Assembly (NCBI GenBank): GCA_963727895.1
Contig: CAVSHT010000005.1
Location: 32,001-96,000 of the forward strand
DNA from: an uncultured Methanosarcinaceae archaeon
GTDB lineage: Archaea > Halobacteriota > Methanosarcinia > Methanosarcinales > Methanosarcinaceae
Direction: 5' to 3'
Length of the DNA stretch: 64,000 bases
The notes below the pieces were generated by a model. The model ran no database searches and was not told the origin of the DNA. It was given only the letters and a program-made list of their open reading frames with translations. Position numbers and translations under genes: made by a program. Below are positions 56,353 through 64,000 of this stretch, in pieces (the first letter of the stretch is position 1; the number at the start of each line of letters is the position of its first letter).

Positions 56353-57106
56353 TATGTTTTCACTTAACGAACAAAAAGCTATTGAACTTGGAGAATCTGG
56401 AGAACGAGCAATAAGAGAACAAAATGAGTATGATGCACTTCAATATCTCGAGTATCTTCGTGAATTCGGGGAAGAACTACTCGAAGCAAATTTGGAGAGC
56501 GATTTAAGAAGAGTTGTTATCTCACTCAGAAATATTGGCAACAAATCCATCCAGAAAAAGATCGAGAACGTAGCTTCCACAGCTCTTACAGACCTCAAAT
56601 CTCTTTCTGAAGCTGCACTAACTAAAAATTTATCCAATGCAATGTGGTCTTTTTCAAAAGCTGTACAGGAGATCGGAAAAGGAGCTGTACAGTTCCAGAT
56701 GCTTGAGTCTGCAAAGATTGCGCTTGATACTCTTAAGATGATGGGGTTGGGAGCTGTTGAAAACAGAATGGAAGTTGTAACCTTGTGGACGACTCTATCA
56801 CTTGAAGAAATGTCTATACTGGCAAGTCGACAACAACTTGAAGACTTCAGCAAGGAAGCAAAAGAAGCTAGAGAAGAAATTATAAAATCATCCGAAGCAG
56901 CAGGTTTCGTAACAAGGGAACAAATTGAAAAATATCCTCAGCTCATCGCCCAAACTGTAAGTCAATTTTCAGACCTTCAGAACCTCCAGCCTGTAGGCTA
57001 TGAGACTAAGCCCAATGAAGAATTTACTGAAGAGGAATTCTTTGAGGGAGAAGGAGAAAGTGAAGAACAATTACCTAAAACTGAGGCTCATAAAAAAGTA
57101 AACTGA
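56353..57106 (+). CDS. 23-aa helical-repeat protein 4 (uncharacterised, acidic tail)
   Basis: LRNIGNKSIQKKIENVASTALTD / LKSLSEAALTKNLSNAMWSFSKA / VQEIGKGAVQFQMLESAKIALDT. The ATG of MFSLNE follows an AGGGG RBS (about 56354). Confidence 0.85.
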
Positions 57107-57192
57107 GCCTAAAAACAGAAAAATGAGCTTAAAATAAAACGAGCCAAAAATATTGTAAATGAATTTGAGAATCAGAGGATAAATCTGACTGA

Positions 57193-57795
57193 TTATTCAG
57201 CCAGTTGTCTTTTTTTATAATTTTTAGAAATTTCCAGAAAATTTTCTATTATTTTCAGACCATCAGGCGTAAGCACTGACTCTGGATGGAACTGCAGACC
57301 ATATATCGGATATTCTACATGCTCCACCGCCATAATACTTCCATCTTCTGCCCTTGCAGTAACCATTATACTGACAGCAGGTTCGCCAATCTCAAGGGAA
57401 TGATAACGTCCTGCTTCAAATGGACCTTCAAAAGATGAAAATAATGCAGAATCATCATGAAGAATCTTCGAACTTTTTCCATGAACTGGCCCTACCTTGC
57501 TTCTTCGAACCAATCCTCCGAAAGCCACATTAATTGCCTGATGACCGAGGCAGACTCCAAGGGTGGGAATTTCCTTACCCAGTTCTCTAATTATTTCCAG
57601 ACAGTTTCCTATATCCTTAGGGTTTGAAGGATTCCCAGGACCTGGAGAAATAACCAGAGCATCAGGCTTTATCTTCTGGAGTTCTTCTAAGGAAACCGTA
57701 TTTGGGAGCACCAGAGTATCTTTTTCGAAATAAGAGATATAATCTACCAGATTCCATACAAAGGAGTCCTTGTTGTTTATGAAAACTACCTTCAT
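57193..57795 (-). CDS. trpG: Anthranilate synthase component II
   Basis: ISPGPG, LGVCLGHQ, GRYHSL and GLQFHPES. Confidence 0.96.
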   Translation of the reverse strand: MKVVFINNKDSFVWNLVDYISYFEKDTLVLPNTVSLEELQKIKPDALVISPGPGNPSNPKDIGNCLEIIRELGKEIPTLGVCLGHQAINVAFGGLVRRSKVGPVHGKSSKILHDDSALFSSFEGPFEAGRYHSLEIGEPAVSIMVTARAEDGSIMAVEHVEYPIYGLQFHPESVLTPDGLKIIENFLEISKNYKKRQLAE

Positions 57796-57962
57796 CTGAA
57801 AACACTTCCTGAATTTATTGATTTCAACAGATTATTTCGTCCCTCTTTTCTTCTTAGCTCCCCTTTTTTGAGAAATCTATATTCCAGGTTTTTTTTCTGT
57901 AAAAAGCAACTAAATAAATTTTGTATCGTAAATTTCACCCCAGAAATGCTTAATAAAATGTT

Positions 57963-59606
57963 TTAAAGCTCTCCGATTGCTGCAAGCATTGCTCCCATCT
58001 TGCGTTCGGTTTCCTTAAACTCATATTCCGGATCAGAATCAGCTACAATTCCTGCTCCAGCCTGCACTGAAGCTTTCTTTCCCTGCACAATAATAGTGCG
58101 AATCACGATTGCAAAATCAGCATCTCCGTTCCAGCTATAATATCCAACTCCTCCCCCATAAATTCCTCTCGGAGCAGCTTCAAGTTCGGAAATAATCTCC
58201 ATGGCGCGGATTTTTGGAGCTCCTGATAAAGTTCCCGCCGGAAAAATCGCTCTGAAAGCATCAAACTGGTCACATTCAGGTCTCAGGGTACCTATAACCT
58301 TACTTTCGATATGCTGGATATGAGAATATTTCAGGACTTTCATAAATTCGGAAACCTTTACCGAACCGCTTTCTGTAACCATTCTCACATCGTTTCTTCC
58401 GAGGTCTACAAGCATTACATGCTCAGCCCTTTCTTTTTCATCATGTAACATATGCTCAGCAAAAGCTTCGTCTTCAGCTTCGGATTTTCCACGGGGACAG
58501 GACCCTGCTATCGGATTTGTGATTAAAGTCCTTTGATGAACAGTCAGAAGAGTTTCAGGACTTGCCCCGACAATTGCCAGATCTCCAAATTCAAAAATAT
58601 ACATGTAAGGGCTTGGATTGATTTTTCGGAGGTGCATATAAAGTTCAAAAGGTGACTGTTCTAAACTGAACTCACATTTTCTGGAAAGAACTGCCTGAAA
58701 TATATCCCCTGCAAAAATATGCTCTTTTGCCTCGAGCACGGATTCTTCATACCTCTGTCTCCCATTATTGCTGCAATCCGAAAGAGGTGAGCCTGAAAAG
58801 ATTGATTCTCCTGATAACGCTGTTTCTATTGGATTTCCTGGCAGAGCAGCTTCCTTGAAAATATTGTAGAGCTTTTCAGCTTCCAAAAGGGCATTTTCGT
58901 AGATTTTTCCTGCATCCGATCCTGGATTTACAAATGGAGTAATCACAATAAATACTTCTTCAGTTATATGGTCAAATACAAAAGTTTTCGAAACCAACAG
59001 GTATTGAAGTTCAGGAATTTCAGATTCAAAGTCTTTTTGGACCCCTAACCAGCTATCATAAATTGCATCATATGCTGTATAGCCTATGGCTCCTCCAAGA
59101 AAAGTTTGCCTGTCAAAACGCTTTGCATTCAGAAGTTCCATCCCATTTGCAGGAGGAAATACCAGACGAAGGGCATCGAAACCATCTTTTCCCTGAGGAA
59201 TTGGAACCGTGAACTTTGCATTTTCCAGTTCTGAGTTTTCTTTCGCTGAATTCTCCTCTATTGTTTCAGGCCCGCAGATCTCTTTGATTTTCGTCCTTAC
59301 TTCTTCAAAAAAAAGCGAAGAATTTGGGTTCAGGAGTTCAAGAGTTATTTTTCGATCACTTATTTTGACTACAGCATCAGGATCATTTCCAACAAAGGAG
59401 TATCTTGCCTTAGTTTCCTGTTTTTCTACGGATTCAAGCAGATAAGAATAACCTGAAGTACCTGAAGCACGCAAGGTACTGTAGAGTTCAAGAGGAGAAC
59501 AAATGGTATCGACTCTTGCAAGGAGCTGGATAAAACCTGGCTGATTCACTCCTGAAACAAGATTTGTGAATTCTTCTTTTCCTAGGTCAAAGGAAAGCAT
59601 TGGCAC
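57963..59606 (-). CDS. trpE: Anthranilate synthase component I
   Basis: LLES, NPSPYM, GASPE, EHVMLVDLGRND and PAGTLSGAPKIRAM. Confidence 0.97.
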   Translation of the reverse strand: MPMLSFDLGKEEFTNLVSGVNQPGFIQLLARVDTICSPLELYSTLRASGTSGYSYLLESVEKQETKARYSFVGNDPDAVVKISDRKITLELLNPNSSLFFEEVRTKIKEICGPETIEENSAKENSELENAKFTVPIPQGKDGFDALRLVFPPANGMELLNAKRFDRQTFLGGAIGYTAYDAIYDSWLGVQKDFESEIPELQYLLVSKTFVFDHITEEVFIVITPFVNPGSDAGKIYENALLEAEKLYNIFKEAALPGNPIETALSGESIFSGSPLSDCSNNGRQRYEESVLEAKEHIFAGDIFQAVLSRKCEFSLEQSPFELYMHLRKINPSPYMYIFEFGDLAIVGASPETLLTVHQRTLITNPIAGSCPRGKSEAEDEAFAEHMLHDEKERAEHVMLVDLGRNDVRMVTESGSVKVSEFMKVLKYSHIQHIESKVIGTLRPECDQFDAFRAIFPAGTLSGAPKIRAMEIISELEAAPRGIYGGGVGYYSWNGDADFAIVIRTIIVQGKKASVQAGAGIVADSDPEYEFKETERKMGAMLAAIGEL

Positions 59607-60288
59607 ACCTCACTTCTTCAATAAAATTTTTGATTTTTACGGCATCTTTTTTTCCGCAGGTTTCAACTCCTGATGCCGTGTCCACCGCATAAGGAGAAAC
59701 AGTTTTGATCGCTTCCCCTACATTTTCAGGTTTGAGACCACCAGCAAGGATTAGAGGAAGCCTTGTTTCTTCCGAGACATTTCGACTCAAAGTCCAGTCA
59801 TGAACACAGCCTGTACCTCCGGACTTATTGAATCCAGCAGTATCGAGCAGGATGGAATCTACAATATCAGCTTCTTCCAGAAGACTGACCTCTTCAAGCA
59901 GTTTTGAAACATGATCCATATTTTCGCCTGAAGTCTCCCCCTGTGCAGGTACGGATAAAGTTTTTATGATCGGGATACAAGTTTTTTCTTTTATTCTTTC
60001 AAGTTCGTGAATAGACAGCTTTGAGTGGATCTGCACAATATCTGGTGTTACTTTTTCAATCAATTCCACGGCTTTATCTGCGTTTTCAGGCATAATGACA
60101 AGTACGGAACTCAGGCTTCTGGAAACTTTAGAGACAAGATCAGCAGCAGTACTGGAATCAAGCTTTCTTGGACTTTCGACAGGGACTTCTGTAATAAAAC
60201 CAACCGCGTCAGCCCCGTAAAGAGCTGCGAGTTCGATATCTTCAAGACTACGCATTCCGCAAATTTTTATCCTCGTTTTTAATTTCAC
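59587..60288 (-). CDS. trpF: Phosphoribosylanthranilate isomerase
   Basis: IKICG, GADAVGF, GGTG..HDW, LAGGLKPENV and VDTASGVE. Confidence 0.96.
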   Translation of the reverse strand: MKLKTRIKICGMRSLEDIELAALYGADAVGFITEVPVESPRKLDSSTAADLVSKVSRSLSSVLVIMPENADKAVELIEKVTPDIVQIHSKLSIHELERIKEKTCIPIIKTLSVPAQGETSGENMDHVSKLLEEVSLLEEADIVDSILLDTAGFNKSGGTGCVHDWTLSRNVSEETRLPLILAGGLKPENVGEAIKTVSPYAVDTASGVETCGKKDAVKIKNFIEEVRCANAFL

Positions 60289-61385
60289 GCCCTCTCCCCC
60301 GAGGCCGGGCTTAACATGGAAGTTTCGGAGCGTATTACAACATCTTTTTTCGGAAGAGAACCCTTACTTTTCTGCTCGTAAATCTTTGAAGTAAAGGTCT
60401 TGAACTGGTTGAATTTTACCATAACTTTTCCACTGTCAATGGCATCTTCGGCAATGAGAATTGCTTGCTTGATAGAACCTACTATCCCACCCACATAAAG
60501 AGCAGCAGCTGCATTCAGGACTACAATGTCTCTTTTTGGCCCTTTCTGACCTTTGAAGATGCACAGCAGATCTCTTGCATTTTCTTTTGGAGTACTCCCC
60601 TTTATATCTTCAGGGTTTGCCCGCAGAATACCTAGAGATTCCGGAGTAAGGGTATAGGTTGAAACTATGCCATTTTTTAGCTCCGCAACATAAGTTTCAC
60701 CTGTATTTGTAATTTCATCCATTCCATTCCCATGTACAACAAGAGCATGCTCTGTTCCAAGTTCTGCAAGGGCATAAGCTATCGGCTCACAGAGCTTTTT
60801 GTCATATACCCCTATGACTTGTCCTTTGGTACCTGCTGGATTTGTCAAAGGTCCCAGAATATTGAAAACTGTACGGATTCCAAGATTTTTCCTTACTCCT
60901 GCAACCCTTTTCATAGCCGGATGGAATACAGGTGCAAATAAGAATCCTATACCTACCTCTTCTATTGTTTGCCTGACTTGTTCAGGTTCCAGATCAATTT
61001 TAATCCCCAGGGCTTCAAGAACATCCGAACTTCCTGACATTGAGGTTGCAGCCCGGTTTCCGTGCTTAGCTACAGGAACACCTGCAGCTGCAGTCACTAT
61101 TGCTGCTGCGGTTGATATATTAATGGTATTAAGGCCATCTCCTCCTGTTCCACATGTATCAACAAGCCTGAAAGTTGTTTGGGGGCGAATTGTATTTCCA
61201 GCTTTTTTCATTCCCCTTACAAAGCCCGCAATTTCTTCGGGTTTCTCTCCTTTTGCTCTCAGAGCAAGCAGAAATCTCCCGATCTCTTCATCCTTTGCAG
61301 TACTTAGAATTTTACCTACAGCAGCTTCAGCTTCTTCGGAGCTCAGATCAAGACCTTTTTCCAGCTTTTTAATATATGTCTTCAT
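60285..61385 (-). CDS. trpD: Anthranilate phosphoribosyltransferase
   Basis: DTCGTGGDG, NISTA, KHGNRA and RTVFNILGPLTNP. Confidence 0.97.
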   Translation of the reverse strand: MKTYIKKLEKGLDLSSEEAEAAVGKILSTAKDEEIGRFLLALRAKGEKPEEIAGFVRGMKKAGNTIRPQTTFRLVDTCGTGGDGLNTINISTAAAIVTAAAGVPVAKHGNRAATSMSGSSDVLEALGIKIDLEPEQVRQTIEEVGIGFLFAPVFHPAMKRVAGVRKNLGIRTVFNILGPLTNPAGTKGQVIGVYDKKLCEPIAYALAELGTEHALVVHGNGMDEITNTGETYVAELKNGIVSTYTLTPESLGILRANPEDIKGSTPKENARDLLCIFKGQKGPKRDIVVLNAAAALYVGGIVGSIKQAILIAEDAIDSGKVMVKFNQFKTFTSKIYEQKSKGSLPKKDVVIRSETSMLSPASGERA

Positions 61386-61495
61386 TTCTCCTGCCTCCTT
61401 TCAATTCCTGATTTTCCCTTTCTCTATCTGTTTCAAAAACTTCCCAATTACTCACTTTTTAGATTTCCGAAATTTTTGACTTCCAAAATTTTCCT

Positions 61496-62287
61496 TTAAC
61501 TGGCTCTTCTTATCCCGGATTTAAGCTCTTTTGCAAGGTTTTCTAGCCTTGTATCTACGTCTTTTCCTTCATCAATAATTTTGACAAAAGCTGAGCCGAC
61601 TATAACGGCATCCGCTCCTTCTTTCATCACTTCCTCGGCCTGTTTTCCCGTGGATATTCCAAATCCTACAGCCTTCGGAAGTCCTGTTTCTACCCTGGAA
61701 AGAAGCTCTCTGGTTGATGACGATACATCTGCCCTGGCTCCAGTGACTCCAAGTCTTGAGACAAGGTAAAGAAAACCTGAACCTCTTTCCAGGATTTTCT
61801 GAACTCTTTTCTCTGTTGTTGTAGGTGCAATCAGAAAGATCAGATCAATCCCATTCTTTTCGCAGCTATTTTTCAGGTCAGCAGCTTCTTCTACTGGAAT
61901 ATCAGGAACTATCAGTCCACTTATCCCAGCTTCAGCAGCTTTTTCTACAAATTTTTCCACTCCATACCTGAATACAGGGTTGTAATAAGTCATGCAAACA
62001 AGAGGAATTCGGACATCAAGGGCTTTAACAAGCTCAAAATAACGCTGTGTGTCCATACCGGCTGCAAGTGACCTCTGACCTGCTACCTGAATTGTCGGGC
62101 CGTCTGCTACAGGGTCTGAAAAGGGGAAACCAAGCTCAATGATATCCGCGCCTCCGTTTACAAGATACTTTACAATTTCACCGGTTCTTTCTGCAGACGG
62201 ATCTCCTGCCATTACATAGCAGATTAAAGCGCCTTCCTTTCTTTCCCTGAGTTCAGAAAATTTTTCGGAGATTTTTTGCCTTGCCAT
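61496..62287 (-). CDS. trpA: Tryptophan synthase alpha chain
   Basis: ELGFPFSDPVADGPTIQ, YLVSRLGVTG and VGFGIS. Confidence 0.98.
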   Translation of the reverse strand: MARQKISEKFSELRERKEGALICYVMAGDPSAERTGEIVKYLVNGGADIIELGFPFSDPVADGPTIQVAGQRSLAAGMDTQRYFELVKALDVRIPLVCMTYYNPVFRYGVEKFVEKAAEAGISGLIVPDIPVEEAADLKNSCEKNGIDLIFLIAPTTTEKRVQKILERGSGFLYLVSRLGVTGARADVSSSTRELLSRVETGLPKAVGFGISTGKQAEEVMKEGADAVIVGSAFVKIIDEGKDVDTRLENLAKELKSGIRRAS

Positions 62288-62288
62288 C

Positions 62289-63566
62289 TCAGATCCCTCC
62301 TCTGAGGCTCAGAACAGTTTCCAGATCTTTATCGCCTCTTCCAGATAGGTTTACGACCACCACTTCTCCCAGTTCTCCGGCTTCAGAGGCTTTCTTCAAG
62401 TAAGCAAGGGCATGGGAAGATTCCAGTGCAGGAATTATTCCCTCATGCCTGCTTAATTCATGGAAAGCGTCAAGGGCTTCATCATCAGTTGCATATCTGG
62501 CTGTAACCCTGCCGCTTTCGGACAGATAAGCCAGTTCAGGCCCTACTCCTGAGTAGTCAAGTCCTGCAGAAACGGATTCGGATTCAAGGATTTGTCCGTT
62601 TTTATCCTGAAGTATCTTTGTTCTTGCTCCGTGCAAGATTCCCTCTTCTCCTGCATAGAGGGATGCAGAGTGAAGCGCTGCTTTTTCCGTACATTTAAGG
62701 GATTTTCCTCCAGCTTCGACAGCAATCAGTCGGACTTCTTTATCCTCGATAAAGGAATGAAATATTCCCATTGCATTGCTTCCACCACCTGCACAGGCAA
62801 TAATGGAATCAGGAAGACGCCCTTCTTTTTGCAAAATCTGTTCTTTTACTTCACGACCTATAACGCTCTGAAAATCTCTTACTATCATAGGATAGGGATG
62901 AGGTCCTATAACAGAGCCTACGAGGTAATGTGTGTTTTCAATGTTTGTGACCCAGTCTCTGAAAGCCTCGTTAACGGCATCCTTAAGGGTTTTTGAGCCG
63001 GTTTCAACAGGTACCAATTTAGTGCCCATGAGTTCCATGCGGTATGCGTTCATCTGCTGGCGTTTTACATCTTTAGCACCCATGTACACAACTGTATCAA
63101 ATCCGAGATTTGCACCTGCCATAGCTGTTGCAGTTCCATGCTGTCCTGCACCAGTTTCTGCAATCAGCCTGGTTTTCCCCATATATTTTGCAAGTAAAGC
63201 CTGTCCAATAGCATTGTTTAACTTGTGAGCTCCTCCGTGCACAAGGTCTTCCCTTTTGAGGTAAATTTTTGCTCCGTATTTTTTGCTCAGGTTCCGGGCA
63301 AAATAAAGAGGTGTTTCCCTGCCTGCAAAATCTTTCAGGTAATGATTAAGCTCTGCAAGAAATTCAGGATCGTTTTTATACCGCTCGTATCCTTCTTCCA
63401 GTTCCTCCAATGCCGGCATCAGAACTTCAGGTACGTACTGTCCTCCATATTTTCCGTATTTTCCTTTTACCTGACCTGTTTCACCAATTTTAGAATCTTT
63501 CTTCGAACCTGCGAGTTCATTTAAACCTGATTTTGTTGGAAATTCTGAAGCTTTAGTTTCTGTCAA
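62289..63566 (-). CDS. trpB: Tryptophan synthase beta chain
   Basis: [36 protein letters not shown] and NLSGRGDKD. Confidence 0.98.
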   Translation of the reverse strand: MTETKASEFPTKSGLNELAGSKKDSKIGETGQVKGKYGKYGGQYVPEVLMPALEELEEGYERYKNDPEFLAELNHYLKDFAGRETPLYFARNLSKKYGAKIYLKREDLVHGGAHKLNNAIGQALLAKYMGKTRLIAETGAGQHGTATAMAGANLGFDTVVYMGAKDVKRQQMNAYRMELMGTKLVPVETGSKTLKDAVNEAFRDWVTNIENTHYLVGSVIGPHPYPMIVRDFQSVIGREVKEQILQKEGRLPDSIIACAGGGSNAMGIFHSFIEDKEVRLIAVEAGGKSLKCTEKAALHSASLYAGEEGILHGARTKILQDKNGQILESESVSAGLDYSGVGPELAYLSESGRVTARYATDDEALDAFHELSRHEGIIPALESSHALAYLKKASEAGELGEVVVVNLSGRGDKDLETVLSLRGGI

Positions 63567-63740
63567 TTTAATTACTCCCTTGTCTTTTTGTAATGTGATT
63601 TTGCTCGTCTTTGGTTATATTTTTAGAATCGTTATTTACGCAAAATATAATTTTGAAAAGATTTTGTAGATATTAAGTGGATAACAAGTGGATTTTTCAA
63701 CCTACCAGTGGCTGAAAGCTCCGAATATCTGGAAAAACAG

Positions 63741-64000
63741 TTAGTCACGCCAACAAGCGCTCTGGACGAATTCTTTCGTTTTATCAAAAACAGAATCGTT
63801 TTCCATAAGTGCAGAACCTATGAGCACTGCATCTGCACCTGCCTTGATTACCCGCCTGACATCCTCTGAGTTGCTCATTCCACTTTCGCTGATTATAAGA
63901 TGGCTGGTTCCGTGGTCAAGGTCGTATTCCCGAATTAGAGGTGCCAGTTCTTCTGTGGTACCAAGGTCAATTTTAAGGGTTTCTAAGTCACGATTATTAA
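63741..64000 (-). CDS. trpC: Indole-3-glycerol-phosphate synthase, 3' part (runs off the window)
   Basis: Minus-strand translation NNRDLETLKIDL...IISESG...AGADAVLIGSALM...WRD*. Confidence 0.93.
   Translation of the reverse strand, partial: NNRDLETLKIDLGTTEELAPLIREYDLDHGTSHLIISESGMSNSEDVRRVIKAGADAVLIGSALMENDSVFDKTKEFVQSACWRD

Noticed and set aside
57104..57152. Imperfect GAGC(C/T)-A-rich repeats between repeat gene 4 and trpG
   Set aside because: Short and degenerate; explained as the T-rich terminator region of the convergent trp operon.
60799..61479. 226-aa + strand ORF and other antisense ORFs (e.g. 2174-2623, 17840-18388, 24960-25490)
   Set aside because: Shadow frames of well-supported genes on the opposite strand, with no recognisable motifs.

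Overview
AT-rich archaeal DNA that looks like Methanosarcina. The evidence is a COG1361 S-layer protein, a YVTN/PKD surface protein, archaeal pheT, an intron-containing tRNA-Arg(TCG), a trpCBADFEG operon, bacterial-type uvrA-uvrC-uvrB, LonA and a complete bacterial-type N-ATPase operon (atpDCQRBEFAG). The window is heavily disturbed by insertion sequences: four mosaic IS1-family copies plus an orphan end, three 857-bp IS6-family copies, an ISH3 remnant and a decayed IS630. Two of the IS6 copies lack target duplications and each joins two truncated genes. Several genes carry single-base frameshifts or nonsense codons (DUF1638-like, uvrB C-terminus, a DUF4062-NACHT-HEAT NLR-like gene, a lipoprotein, one repeat protein). 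The most unusual element is a cluster of four paralogous, uncharacterised proteins built from a strict 23-aa helical repeat (52460-57106). It lies downstream of a KaiC/RAD55-like ATPase and response-regulator pair, but across an IS breakpoint. Items missed by the ORF track: a 53-aa, 9-Cys desulforedoxin-like microprotein, two structured intergenic RNA candidates, a MITE-like inverted repeat, CTG/ATT start codons and a shared operator upstream of marR and lon. Family assignments come from motif recognition only; no searches were run.
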